A stretch of DNA of 64,000 bases. It comes from an uncultured delta proteobacterium (GTDB lineage Bacteria; Myxococcota_A; Polyangia; Palsa-1104). The position numbers and the translations under genes are program-made. Under the pieces are notes generated by a model. That model was not told the origin of the DNA, did no database searches, and was given only the letters and a program-made list of their open reading frames with translations. Every line of letters starts with the position of its first letter. The stretch's first letter is position 1. Positions 49,877-60,758 of the stretch are shown piece by piece. The stretch lies in the NCBI GenBank assembly GCA_963785725.1, contig CAWAWS010000015.1, positions 1 to 64,000 on the forward strand. Direction: 5' to 3'.

Positions 49877-51283
49877 ATGATGAAGCTGCGCACTTGGGCC
49901 AGTCTCACCCTGACGATGAGCTTGATCGTCGGCTGCGGGACGCCCGAAACCGAGGGTTCGACATCCTCCGAACAGGCGTATAAAGCACGCAAAGCCGCGC
50001 GCATCGCCGTCGTCGGTGCTGGACCTTCAGGTCTGACCGCCGCCTACACGTTGCAGCAGCTCGGCTACACCAACGTCACGGTGTTCGAGAAGTCGCCGCA
50101 GGTCGGCGGCAAGGTGCTCTCCTATAATAACGGGACGAGTATCACGGAGCTCGGCGCCGTATTTGCCTCGGCCGATTATGTCTTGGTCAACTCGCTGGCC
50201 AAGAAGTTCAATATCCCGACCGTACCGAGCACGTTGCCGCAATACGTGATCGATCCCTCGGGCAATAAAGAGACCTTCCCGGCGTACATCCAGGCGAAGT
50301 ACACGACGGCGCAGCTCTTGGCGGCCACCGTCGCGTACGCCGCCGTGCAGACGCTGTTCGCCATCCCGATCAACCAGAACGGCTTCGCCAACCTGCCGCC
50401 GGACTTGACGCTGCCGTTCAATCAGTTCGCGGCCAAGTATGGCATCGCGCCCATCGCCGACCTGGCCAAGTGCCTCATGATCGGCTTCGGCTACGGTTAT
50501 TACGAGAATACGCCGGCGATTTATTACATGAAGCTCCTCGGCTGGCTCATCAAGATCGGCGGCACGAGCGGCCTGGAAGCGGCGACCTACTACACGTTCC
50601 CCACCGGCTATCAGTCGCTGTGGATCGCGGTCGCGGGCTCGCTGCCGAACGTCCAGCTGAACTCGGCCGTCACGAAGATCGTGCGTAACCCGTCGTCGGC
50701 GAACCCGGTCACGGTCACGATCAACGGCACGACGACGCAGAACTTCGACGCCATCATCATCTCGGCGCCGCTCGACAAGGTCGGCGGCTTCATGTCGCTG
50801 ACGAGCACGGAGAGCGCGCTCTTCTCGCAGGTCGGCGGCGAGCGTTACGTCGTGAACCTGTTCGCGGCCGCGGGTCTGGCGACGGGCGAGGCCGACTATA
50901 TCTACGACAACACGCCGGCGACGGCGATCAACCACGCGTCGGTGTGGGCGAACTCGAACCCCGCGCAGCCGGTCTACATCGACTACCAGATCGTCGATCC
51001 GGCGGCTTCGGAAGACCTGATCACGTCGACGCTGGCGAGCGACGTGAGCACCTACGGCCACGGCGTGTTCGAGGGCCTGTTGCTGCGCCAGGAGTGGCCG
51101 GAGTACTTCCCGCACGTGTCGTCGGCGTCGATGCAGCGCGGCTTCTACAACTCGGTCGAAGCGCTGCAGGGCGCGAACAACACCTACTACGTCGGTGGCG
51201 ACCTCAGCTTCGAGACGGTCGAGCACTCGGCGCGCTACGCGCAGGCGCTGGTGTTGAAGAACTTCCCGCTCGCGCTGTTCTAA
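49877..51283 (+). CDS. FAD-dependent lipoprotein resembling polyunsaturated fatty acid isomerase (PAI)
   Basis: LIVGC lipobox, RIAVVGAGPSG, ELGA, FGYGYY and YFPHVSS...VEALQG.NNTYYVG..LSF. Confidence 0.75.
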   Translation: MMKLRTWASLTLTMSLIVGCGTPETEGSTSSEQAYKARKAARIAVVGAGPSGLTAAYTLQQLGYTNVTVFEKSPQVGGKVLSYNNGTSITELGAVFASADYVLVNSLAKKFNIPTVPSTLPQYVIDPSGNKETFPAYIQAKYTTAQLLAATVAYAAVQTLFAIPINQNGFANLPPDLTLPFNQFAAKYGIAPIADLAKCLMIGFGYGYYENTPAIYYMKLLGWLIKIGGTSGLEAATYYTFPTGYQSLWIAVAGSLPNVQLNSAVTKIVRNPSSANPVTVTINGTTTQNFDAIIISAPLDKVGGFMSLTSTESALFSQVGGERYVVNLFAAAGLATGEADYIYDNTPATAINHASVWANSNPAQPVYIDYQIVDPAASEDLITSTLASDVSTYGHGVFEGLLLRQEWPEYFPHVSSASMQRGFYNSVEALQGANNTYYVGGDLSFETVEHSARYAQALVLKNFPLALF

Positions 51284-51311
51284 GCCCGCACCGCACTACC
51301 GCTTCAAAATG

Positions 51312-51357
51312 GCGGCCCGCACTCGGCATGGAAACCGAGGCGGGCCGCTTCTTTTTT
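51312..51357 (+). terminator. Rho-independent terminator
   Basis: GCGGCCCGC.CTCGG/CCGAG.GCGGGCCGC stem followed by TTCTTTTTT. Confidence 0.75.
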
Positions 51358-51366
51358 GCGCGAAGA

Positions 51367-51753
51367 TTACGAGGCGCGGACGGCGCCGCCCTTGGTGGCG
51401 ACGATGAATTTGACGACGGCCTTGAGCTTCTCGGCCTCGAACGGCTTCAGCAAGTAGTAGGCGACGCCGGCCCTTTGGCAGGCGAGGATCTTCTCGCGGC
51501 TGGTGATCGAGCTGCACATGATGACGAGCGCTTCGGGATGGCGGCGCAGCAGATCGCTGGCGATGGCGATGCCGTCGCGGCCCGGCAGCACGATGTCGAT
51601 GAGGACGACGGTCGGGCGATGCGTGGCGTAGAGGCCGAACAGCTCCTCGCCGCTGCCGCCTTCGCCGACGGTCTCGTAGCCGATTTCGAGGAGAATCGCC
51701 TGCAGTCGCCGTCGCATGATGGGCGAGTCTTCGATGATGACGGCGGTGGACAT
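51367..51753 (-). CDS. cheY: Second CheY-like response regulator
   Basis: IEDS, IDIVLPGRDG, HPEALVIMCSS and LLKPF. Clear paralog of 28696..29094. Confidence 0.88.
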   Translation of the reverse strand: MSTAVIIEDSPIMRRRLQAILLEIGYETVGEGGSGEELFGLYATHRPTVVLIDIVLPGRDGIAIASDLLRRHPEALVIMCSSITSREKILACQRAGVAYYLLKPFEAEKLKAVVKFIVATKGGAVRAS

Positions 51754-51762
51754 CCACTCACT

Positions 51763-51789
51763 GCATCGGCGGCAATCGCGGCGACTTGA
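51763..51789 (-). promoter_or_regulatory. Sigma28-type promoter TCAA-N15-GCCGATGC
   Basis: Ends 9 nt upstream of the cheY ATG. Confidence 0.7.
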
Positions 51790-51893
51790 ATCGGGCGCCC
51801 GCTTTTTCGGCCGGTCGCGGCCGACGCCGGTCGAGCCGCCCGATCCGGCAGGGAACATTGAAGCTCGTGCGCCAAGCGGCGCGGCCGCGCGGC

Positions 51894-54253
51894 TTACGAC
51901 TCGCTCGACGTGCGGCGCGTGGGCGCGCGGCCGGCCGGCTGCTCGGGCCGAAGGCACGGCGCCAACGGCGGAATCGGCCGCGTGACCGGCGCTTCGCCGT
52001 CGAGCTCCAGCATCTCGCCGTGATGCGCCAGCTGCAGCTTGCCGCCCGTCGTCAGCGAATAGGTCGCGCGCCGCGGGCCGATCTGCACGCACAGCTTCAC
52101 GCCGCGGTGCATGATGTTGAACGACAGCTGCGTCAGACCATCGGGCAGCCGCGGCGTGAACGACAGGATGCCGCCGTGATCGCGCAGCCCGCCGAAGCCG
52201 GCCACGAGCGCGATCCACGTGCCCGCCAGCGAGGCGATATGCAAGCCGTCGCGCGCGTTGTGCTCGAGATCGTGCAGATCCATGAGCGCCGCTTCCGCCA
52301 GATAGTCGAGCGCCAGGCGGAGATGGCCGACCTCGGCCGCGATCACCGCCTGCGTGCACGCCGACAGCGACGAGTCGCGCACGGTGATGCGCTCGTAGTA
52401 GTCGAAGTTGCGCGGCTTCTGCTCGGCCGTGAAGGCGTCGCCGCACAGCTGCATGCGCCAGCACGAGATCGGGCTGCTTGACGACCTGCTTGCGATAGAG
52501 ATCGAAGTAGGGGAAATGCAGCATCAGCGGATATTGGTCGGGTTTCGTCCGATCGAAGTTCCACAGCTCGTGCTGCGTGAAGCCCTCGGACTGCGGATGC
52601 ACCTTCAAGTCTTTGTCGTACGGGATGAACACCGTCGACGCGGCGGCGCGCCAATCGGCCATCTCCTCGTTGCGTGACGCCGAGCTCGCGCGCGACGTCC
52701 TGATGGCGCTCGCAGGCGTCGGCGGCGCCGGCGAGGTTCCGCTGCGCCATCAGGTTCGTGTAGACGTTGTTGTCGGCGAGGGCGCTGTATTCGTCGGGCC
52801 CGGTGACGCCGTCGATGCGGAAGTCGCCGTGCAAGCTCGTGGTGGCCGAGCGAGCGCCACAGACGCGCGGTCTCGACGAGGAGCTCGACGCCGATCTCCT
52901 GCTCGAACGCCACGTCGCCGGTGGCGGCGACGTAGCGGATGACGGCGTCGGCGATGTCGGCGTTGACGTGGAACGCGGCGGTTCCGGCCGGCCAGTAGCC
53001 CGAGCACTCCTCGCCGTGAATCGTGCGCCACGGAAACGCGGCGCCGGCGAGCCCGAGCTCCTTGGCGTGCGCGCGCGCCAGGTCAGCGTCGAGTGGCGCC
53101 AGCGCAGCGCGTCGCCGGCGGCGTCGGGGTCGAGTACGTCAGGACGGGCAGGACGAAGGTCTCGGTGTCCCAGAAGGCGTGGCCGTCGTAGCCGGTGCCG
53201 GTCAAGCCCTTGGCGGGATGGCGCGGCGCTCGGTGCGCGCGCCCGCCTGCAGCACGTGAAAGAGCGCGAAACGCACCGCTTGCTGCAGCTCGGGGTCGCC
53301 CTCGAGCTCGACGTCGGCGCGGCCCAGAAGTCGTCGAGGTAGCGGCGCTGCTCGGCGAGCAGGCCGTCGATGCCGGTCTGCCGCGCCGCCGCCAGCGCCG
53401 GCCGCGACCTGATCGCGCAGCGCCGGCTGCGTGCGCCGCTTGGACCAGCCGTGCGACACGAGCTTGACGATGCGCAGCTGCTGTCCCGGCTCGAGCACGT
53501 CGCTGGCGACCACGCGTGACACGCTCGGCGTCGATTCGCGATCGATCTGCAGCTGGGGCGTGCCGTCGATGTGGTGCCACATGGCCGCGCCGACGTGAGG
53601 CCGCTCGCCTTGGTGCGATGGACGAGAATGCCGAGGTCGTCGAGGGCGCCGTGAGAGCAGCGGCTCGAGCGGTGACGTCGAGCACGGCCGCCGACGCGCG
53701 GATCGCGCGCCGTCGCCGGCAGCTGCTCGTTGGCGACCAGCTCCGACTGCACGACGACGTTCATGGCGCTGTCGACCGCCTCGACCTCGTAGATGATGGC
53801 CGCGATCGAGCGATGGGTGAAGGACACCAGCCGCGTCGAGGTGACGCGGACGGTGCGCCGCGCCGGCGAGGTCCACTCGCGGTGCGCGTCAGCGTGCCGG
53901 CGCGCAAGTCGAGGACGCGCTCGTGCTTGCGTGAGCTTGCCGTAGCGCACGTCGAACGGCTCATCGTCGACGAGCAGCCGCACAGACTTGCCGTTGGTGA
54001 CGTTGATGAGCGACTGGCTCGACTCGGGATAGCCGTAGCCCGCCTCGGCATAAGGCAGCGGACGCAGCTCGTAGACGCCGTTCAGATAGGTGCCCGGCAG
54101 GCCGTGCGGCTCGCCCTCGTCGAGGTTGCCGCGCAGGCCGATGTGGCCGTTGGACAGCGCGAACAGCGACTCCGTCTGCGCCAGCACGTCGAGGCGCAGC
54201 TCGGTCTCGTGCAGCGCCCACGGCTCGACGCGATAGCTCGAGCTCTTGATCAT
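51894..54253 (-). CDS. GH65 disaccharide (trehalose/maltose/kojibiose) phosphorylase (many indels)
   Basis: [45 protein letters not shown] and DSSLS, spread across shifting frames. Confidence 0.85.
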
Positions 54254-55002
54254 GTCGTCTCCAACAGCTCGGCCAAGTCCTGCACGACGATGCTGCCGCC
54301 ATGCTGCTTCAGCGCCGCCGCCTGGCCGACCCGATCGACGCCGACGACCCACGCGAAGTGGCCGGCGCGGCCCGATTCCACGCCGGCCAGCGCGTCCTCG
54401 AAGACCGCTGCTTCGTCGGCGCCGACGCCGAGCGCTTTGGCCGCCGCGAGATAAGTATCGGGCGCCGGTTTGCCGGCCAAATGCTGCTCGGCGGCGACGA
54501 GGCCATCGACGCGCGTGTCGAAATAGTCGGTCACGCCGGCGGCCGCGAGCACGTCCTTGCAATTGGCGCTCGACGACACGACCGCCGTCTTCAATCCCGC
54601 CGCGCGCACCGCCTTCAAGTAACGCAGCGAACCGGGATAGGCTTCGACGCCGTTCTTTTCGATGAGCGCCAAGACCAGGTCGTTCTTGCGCGCGCTCAGG
54701 CCGGCGATGGTGTTCGCCGTCGGTGGATCGTCGGCCTTGCCGGCGGGCAGGTCGATGCCGCGCGACTGCAGGAACGAGCGCGTGCCGTCGGCGCGCGGCT
54801 TGCCGTCGACGTATTGGTCATAGTCGGCGACGGCGTCGAAGGGCCGAAACGGCGTCCCCGTCGCTTCGGCGCGCAGCCGCAAAAAGCCGTCGAACATCTG
54901 TTTCCAGGCGGCGGCGTGGACTTTGGCGGTCTCGGTAATGACGCCGTCGAGGTCGAATAGACAAGCCTTTACGGCCGCGGGAAGCCCGAGCTTCGTCGTC
55001 AT
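54250..55002 (-). CDS. Beta-phosphoglucomutase family HAD hydrolase
   Basis: [19 protein letters not shown] and [10 protein letters not shown]. Overlaps the GH65 start. Confidence 0.92.
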   Translation of the reverse strand: MTTKLGLPAAVKACLFDLDGVITETAKVHAAAWKQMFDGFLRLRAEATGTPFRPFDAVADYDQYVDGKPRADGTRSFLQSRGIDLPAGKADDPPTANTIAGLSARKNDLVLALIEKNGVEAYPGSLRYLKAVRAAGLKTAVVSSSANCKDVLAAAGVTDYFDTRVDGLVAAEQHLAGKPAPDTYLAAAKALGVGADEAAVFEDALAGVESGRAGHFAWVVGVDRVGQAAALKQHGGSIVVQDLAELLETT

Positions 55003-55145
55003 GCCTCTTGTTTATAGGCACGCAGCGGTAAGGCGTCCGGCGAACGCCGTAGTTTGGCGCATTTTTTCGAACACTTCATGAGCACTTAAGTGGTGCGCCG
55101 GCGAAAGCAGCGATAAAGTGGCCTTTCACGCGGGGACAATAAACT

Positions 55146-55556
55146 ATGGAAAAGCCTTTCACGATCCAGGAATTGAATCAGATTCTGCCGCGCTTGCGAG
55201 CGACGGTGGAAGCGGCGGCCCGCCTGGCCGAGGTGCAGCGCGCCGTCGAGGAGATTGCGCGGCCGGCGGTGCGAATGGGACGGCCGCCCAAGGACGCCGC
55301 GGCGACGCCGAAGGCGGCCAAGTCGGGCGCCGGCAAGCGCGGGCGCAAGAACGACCCGGCCAGCGCGTCGACGCTGCGCAGCCGCATCGTCACCTATCTC
55401 GGCACGGCGAAGAAGGGCGCGGCGTTGCGCGATCTCGCCGGCGCCCTCGAGGCCGACGCCGAGGCCGTGCGCTACGGGCTCAACATCTTGCGCGGCGAGA
55501 AGAAGGTGCGCATGACCGGCTCGCGCGCGACCGCGCTCTGGCACGCCGGCAGCTGA
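55146..55556 (+). CDS. Small basic putative DNA-binding protein
   Basis: N-terminal helix, GRPPK and KRGRK basic linker, winged-helix-like C-terminus. Confidence 0.6.
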   Translation: MEKPFTIQELNQILPRLRATVEAAARLAEVQRAVEEIARPAVRMGRPPKDAAATPKAAKSGAGKRGRKNDPASASTLRSRIVTYLGTAKKGAALRDLAGALEADAEAVRYGLNILRGEKKVRMTGSRATALWHAGS

Positions 55557-55660
55557 TCCGCTCGCCGCACTGATCCTTCCGTCTTTTCTCCCGTTACATT
55601 GGCCGCTTCACCGTCGTCCCAGGCCGCATCGGGACCGGCAAATCGTGCTATAGACGCGCC

Positions 55661-57218
55661 GTGAATTCCGGCTGGCGCGGCGCGTTCCTGTGGCCTTGGC
55701 TCGCGCTCGTCGCGCTCGGTTGTGCGCTTTACGCCGCCACCATCGGCGCCTTCTTCGTCTCCGACGACTTCACGCTCTTGCGCGCGGTGGCGGAGCACGG
55801 GCCGTTCGCCGTCTGGTCGGGTCCGCGCTCGGCGGCGCCGGTGTTCTTCCGCCCGCTCACGTCGCTCAGCTTCTTCATCGACTACCGGCTCTATGGCTTC
55901 CGCGCGTGGGGCTTTCATCTGACCAACGTGCTCTTGCACGCGACGAACGCCTGGCTCGTCGGTCGCATCGCCGCGCTCGCGTGCAAGCAGCGCCCGCTGG
56001 TGGCGGCGACGGCGGCGCTCTTGTTCCTGGCCGGCCCGGCGCACGGCGAGTCGGTGGCGTGGGTCGCCGGCCGCACCGACGCGCTGGCGACGGCGTTCGG
56101 CTTGGGCGCGTTCGTCTGCTACCTGCACACGCTCGAGTCGCCGCGGCGACGCTGGCCGGCGCTGGCGTTCGCGCTCTATCTGCTCGGGCTGTGCGCCAAG
56201 GAGTCGATGGTCGTGCTGCCGCAAATCGTCCTCGCCTATCAGCTGCTCGTCGTCGGGCAGTGGCGGGGACGCGGCGCCTGGCTCGCGGGCGCGCTCATCA
56301 TCGGCTTCTTCCCGTTCGTCGTCTTGCGGCGGATGGCGGTCGGCGGCTGGATCGGCGGCTACGGCGCGGCCGTGCACCTGCTGCATGCGCCGGGATATCT
56401 GTGGGTCAATGGCCGGCGCCAGCTCGAGCATGCGCTCGGCTTCGGCGTGCCTACGCACGGCAGCGCGCTGACGCTGGCGGCCTACGTCGTCCTCGCCTGC
56501 GCGCTCGTCGCGGTCGTCGGCGCGCTCGTTGCCGATGTGTGGGCGGCGCGCGCGCCTTCGCCGCGCGCTCTCGCCGTTCCTGGTCGCCGCCGTCGGGCTG
56601 TCGATGCTGCCGACGTGGAACCTGGCGATCTCGGCGTCCGGCACCGAAGGCGAGCGCTACGTGTATCTCGCGACGGCGTGGCTCGCGCTGCTCATCGCCA
56701 TCGTGGTCGCGCCGGCGCTGGAGCAGCCGCGGCGCTTGGCGCTCGCCGGCGCGCTCGTCGCCAGCGGCGCGCTGTTGCTGGTCGTGCGCAACACGCGCTG
56801 GCATGACGCGGGCGCGCTCAGCCGGGAGGTGGTCGCGACGATCGCCGCGCAGCCGCTCGGCTACGACCCGCTGACGATCGTCAACGTGCCCGACTCACTG
56901 CGCGAGGCCTATGTCATGCACACGGGGATTTGGGACGCGCAGCTCCTGTTCGCGCCCAAAGGACCGCCGCTGTACATCGGCGCTTACCAGGCGCTGGACA
57001 CGCCGGACGAGCCAGTCCGCGTCGAGCGGCAGGGCGATCGCGTCACGCTGACCTTGCCGGAGGATGCGCGTCGGCTCGGCTATTGGTCGGCGACGGCGCC
57101 GGACGCGCCGTTTCGCGTCGTCGAGCAGTCGGCGCGCCGTCTGGTGCTGGCGCTGCCGCCGGCGCGACGGGCGGCGGCGTTCGTGCACGGCGCGCTGCAG
57201 CCGCTGCTGGGGAATTGA
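55661..57218 (+). CDS. GT-C fold membrane glycosyltransferase-like protein (frameshift ~56560)
   Basis: SDDF, FFRPL, HLTNVLLH, ESVAWVAGR, AKE and ERYVY, with many TM segments. Confidence 0.75.
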
Positions 57219-57228
57219 GCGCGAGCGC

Positions 57229-58290
57229 TTAGGCGCGCGCGACTTTGCGGTCGGACGTTGTGCGCGGCAGGCGCTCGTCGATCCAGGCGTCGAGCTCGGC
57301 CCACTGCGCGAACAGCCAGTCGACGATCGCCTCGCGCTCGGTCGGAATGTCGGCGAAGGGAACGCGGCGGAACTCGACCTGGATGCGGCGGCCGATGGCG
57401 CGACCGTGGATGAGGTCGGCGAACGTGGCCGCGCCTTCGTAGCCAACGTGCGTGCAGAAGACGACGTCGGCGCCGGGGTTGCGCTCGAGCAGGCCAATCG
57501 GCCCGCCCAGGCGCGGCGGCAAGAGGTGTCGCAGCCGGCGCGCCCGCTGCAGCCGCACCGGGTCGAGCTGGTCGCCCAAGCGCTCCATGATGCGCTCGCG
57601 CTTCTTGGGCGAAAAGCGCGTGCCTTCGGGATAGAGGACGATGGCGTCTTGCGGGCCCAGGTTCTCGAGCAGCGCGCAGACGGCGTCGATTTCGCGCGCC
57701 GGATTCTTGGACGCGCGGGCGACGAAGCAGGTGTCGAGGCGGCCGCCGATGACGTCGAAGATGGGGTCGGCGCGCAGCTCGCGTTTGGCGATGTAGCGCA
57801 GGCGTAAGCCGGCGCGACCGCCGATGTAGACCGGCGCCAGCGGCGTGTCGCCGATGCTGGCGTGGCGGAAAAAGACGAGGATGGGGCCGCCTTCGTCGAT
57901 GGCGTCCATGCCGCTGACGTCGACGGCGAGGCCGAAGAAGAGGCCGCCCGAGCCGTGCAGCACCGCGCCCCAGGCGTTCGAGAGCGTGTGCGTCCAGCGC
58001 ACGAGGCGCGCGCGATTGCCGAACGCGAACAGCCACTGCAAAAAGGCGACCGTCAGAAAGACCGCCTCGCCGACGAGGTAGGTGGTGAAGAATCCGACGC
58101 AGCGCAGCGTAGCCAGCCGGCGTGGCTCGAACGGCGCCACCAAAATCGCCAGCAGCGCCGTCAGCGGCAAGAGCGCCAGCGCCAGCGTCGCCGCCACGAA
58201 CATCAGCGGAATGCTCTTGGCGCGCCGGCTCCAGGTGCTGGTCCAACGTTCGCCTTGCGGAGACGGCCGCTCATTCAGCGGAAGGGACAT
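57229..58290 (-). CDS. 1-acyl-sn-glycerol-3-phosphate acyltransferase family protein
   Basis: RHASIGD, IAKREL, LYPEGTRF and HLLPPR. Confidence 0.85.
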   Translation of the reverse strand: MSLPLNERPSPQGERWTSTWSRRAKSIPLMFVAATLALALLPLTALLAILVAPFEPRRLATLRCVGFFTTYLVGEAVFLTVAFLQWLFAFGNRARLVRWTHTLSNAWGAVLHGSGGLFFGLAVDVSGMDAIDEGGPILVFFRHASIGDTPLAPVYIGGRAGLRLRYIAKRELRADPIFDVIGGRLDTCFVARASKNPAREIDAVCALLENLGPQDAIVLYPEGTRFSPKKRERIMERLGDQLDPVRLQRARRLRHLLPPRLGGPIGLLERNPGADVVFCTHVGYEGAATFADLIHGRAIGRRIQVEFRRVPFADIPTEREAIVDWLFAQWAELDAWIDERLPRTTSDRKVARA

Positions 58291-58538
58291 GCGCGCACGA
58301 TAGCGCCTCGCGAGCGGTCGTGGAGTGCGCCGACGGGAATATGACCCGGCCATGACGTGGCCGTGACAGAGTCGCGCCCGCAAAAGCCGCGTCGCGCACC
58401 GCGGCGAAGCCGAATTCTTGTAACGCGCCGCGCGAAAAGGCGGCGCTGGCGCTCGGCTTTGTGACGGTGGCGCAGGCGGCGGCGGCGTGGTTCCATCCGC
58501 TGTCCACAACTGTCGCAGGGCAGACTGGTCGAGGAGAC

Positions 58539-60686
58539 ATGAAGCGCAAGGTTCGCATCGCAGTCGGGCTGCTCGTCACGTTGGTGTTGGCCGCGGGCGC
58601 GTGGCACGTCCTACGCAAGCGGCTGCGGCCGGCCATCGCAGCGCCCGACGCGGCGACGCTGGCGCAGGCGGCGCGCGTGCGCATCTTGCGCGACCAATAC
58701 GGCGTGCCGCACATCTTCGGCGAGTCCGATGCCGACGCCGCCTTCGGGCTCGCTTACGCCAACGCCGAGGACGATTTTCCAACGGTGCAGCTGACCTTGG
58801 CGGCGGCGCGCGGCAAGCTGGCGACGCAGCTCCTGACCAAGGAAGCGCTGAGCAACGACTATTACGTGCGGCTCGTGCGCGTCAAAGAGGCGGTCGACGC
58901 CGAGTACGAGCAGCTGACGCCGGAGACGCGGGCGCTGCTCGAGGGCTACGCGCGCGGGCTCAACCTGTACGCCGCGCGCCATCCGCGCGAGGTCGACTCG
59001 CGGCTCCTGCCGTACAGCGGTCGCGACGTCGCCGCCGGCTTCGCGCACAAGCTGCCGTTGATGCTCGATCTGCCGGGGGTTTTGCGCGCGCTCGATGCGC
59101 CGACGGCCAAGAACGTCGGCGACAAGCTGGCGCTCGCGCGGCCGGCGGACGAGCGCGCGTTTCCTGCGTCGAACAGCCACGCCGTCATTCGCACGCGCTC
59201 GCCCGACGATCGCACGCGGCTCAACATCAACTCGCATCAGCCGTGGGAAGGCCCGGTCACCTGGTTCGAGGCGCAAGTGGTGTCGCAAGAGGGCTGGAAC
59301 ATGACGGGCGGAACGTTTCCCGGCGCGCCCGTTATTTTGCACGGCCATAACGACCATCTCGGCTGGGCGCATACCGTCAACCTGCCCGATCTGGTCGACG
59401 TCTATCGCTTGCAAATGAATCCCAATAATCCCAATCAATATCGTTTCGAAGGGCAATGGCGTGATTTGGAGCGTGAGTCGGCGCCCATCGAAGTCGATAC
59501 CGGCATAGTCGAGCTGACGTTCCATAAAGACGTCTTGCATAGCGTGCACGGGCCGGTATTCGAGACGAAACAGGGGTTCTTTGCCATTCGTTATGCCGGC
59601 GCCGAGCGGCGCGTGCACGCCGCCGAGCAGTGGTATCGCATGAACAAAGCGCGCGACTTCAACGAGTGGAAAGCGGCCATGAAGCTGCAGGCCATCCCCA
59701 TGTTCAATACGACTTACGCCGATTACGACAATGTATTTTACGTTTATAACGCGCTATTGCCGGTGCGTCTCGAGGGCTTCGATTACAAGACGGTGCTGCC
59801 CGGCGATCGCGCCGATCTGATCTGGAATGACTACGTGTCGTTCGATCATTTGCCGCAGGTGCATAATCCGGCGGCGGGCTTCGTCACCAACTGCAACGGC
59901 ACGCCGTTTCGCGCGACGACCGGCGACGACAATCCCAAGCGCGCCGATTTTCCGGCCGCCGACGGCATCGAAGACACGGTCAACAATCGCACGCTGCGCT
60001 CGTTGGCGCTGTTCGGCGCCGGCGGCAAGATATCGGGCGACGATTTTCTGCGCTTCAAATGGGATCGCGAATATGCCGCCGATTCACAGTTGGCGCTCGA
60101 CGTATTGACGCCACTTTTACACGGATATACGGCGGCCAATGAGGACGAAGCGCAGGCATTGGCGTTATTGCGCGGCTGGAATCGCGTCGCCAACGAGGAT
60201 TCGGCGGCGGCGACGCTGGCGATATTGACCGGCACGCCGGTGTTGAGCCCGCCGCGCGGTGAGGCGGCGTTGACGCCGGTCCCGGCCTTTCATCGCGCCA
60301 TTGCGCTCTTGAAGAAGCATTATGGGCGCGTCGATGTGCCTTTAGGGACGGTGCAGCGTCTGCGCCACGGCGCGGTCGATCTGCCGCTCGGCGGCGGGCC
60401 CGACGTCTTGAACGCCGCGCACTCCAAGCTCGTCGACGGGCATCTCGTGGGCGTGGCCGGCGACTCCTATATTCTCGAGGTCGCCTTTGGTCCCGATGGG
60501 CCGACGTCGTCGCAGTCGATCGTGCAATATGGCGCCAGCAATCGTAAGGATTCGCCGCATTATTCCGATCAGGCGCCGTTATTCCTACGCCACGAATTCA
60601 AGCCGGCGTGGCGCAGCGAAGCCGATATTCGCGCGCATCTGGAGCGCGAATATTCGCCCGGTCATGAAAACGACGGCGCCAAATAA
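58539..60686 (+). CDS. Penicillin / AHL / glutaryl-7-ACA acylase family Ntn-hydrolase
   Basis: RDQYGVPHIFG, AYANAED, nucleophile SNS, NSHQPW and GWAHTVN. GAGGAG RBS. Confidence 0.92.
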   Translation: MKRKVRIAVGLLVTLVLAAGAWHVLRKRLRPAIAAPDAATLAQAARVRILRDQYGVPHIFGESDADAAFGLAYANAEDDFPTVQLTLAAARGKLATQLLTKEALSNDYYVRLVRVKEAVDAEYEQLTPETRALLEGYARGLNLYAARHPREVDSRLLPYSGRDVAAGFAHKLPLMLDLPGVLRALDAPTAKNVGDKLALARPADERAFPASNSHAVIRTRSPDDRTRLNINSHQPWEGPVTWFEAQVVSQEGWNMTGGTFPGAPVILHGHNDHLGWAHTVNLPDLVDVYRLQMNPNNPNQYRFEGQWRDLERESAPIEVDTGIVELTFHKDVLHSVHGPVFETKQGFFAIRYAGAERRVHAAEQWYRMNKARDFNEWKAAMKLQAIPMFNTTYADYDNVFYVYNALLPVRLEGFDYKTVLPGDRADLIWNDYVSFDHLPQVHNPAAGFVTNCNGTPFRATTGDDNPKRADFPAADGIEDTVNNRTLRSLALFGAGGKISGDDFLRFKWDREYAADSQLALDVLTPLLHGYTAANEDEAQALALLRGWNRVANEDSAAATLAILTGTPVLSPPRGEAALTPVPAFHRAIALLKKHYGRVDVPLGTVQRLRHGAVDLPLGGGPDVLNAAHSKLVDGHLVGVAGDSYILEVAFGPDGPTSSQSIVQYGASNRKDSPHYSDQAPLFLRHEFKPAWRSEADIRAHLEREYSPGHENDGAK

Positions 60687-60758
60687 TCGCCGGCGCGTTT
60701 CGCAATAGAGGGCAGAGTGGGACAAAACGCCGCAGCGACCGCTTAAGGCTTAGTCGCG

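Noticed and set aside
51894..54253. GH65 gene as a true pseudogene
   Set aside because: Catalytic motifs are retained, the partner beta-PGM is intact, and the indel pattern is shared window-wide.
60687..60758. dif or parS site explaining the AT-rich tract
   Set aside because: No XerC/D-like 28-mer or parS palindrome recognised.
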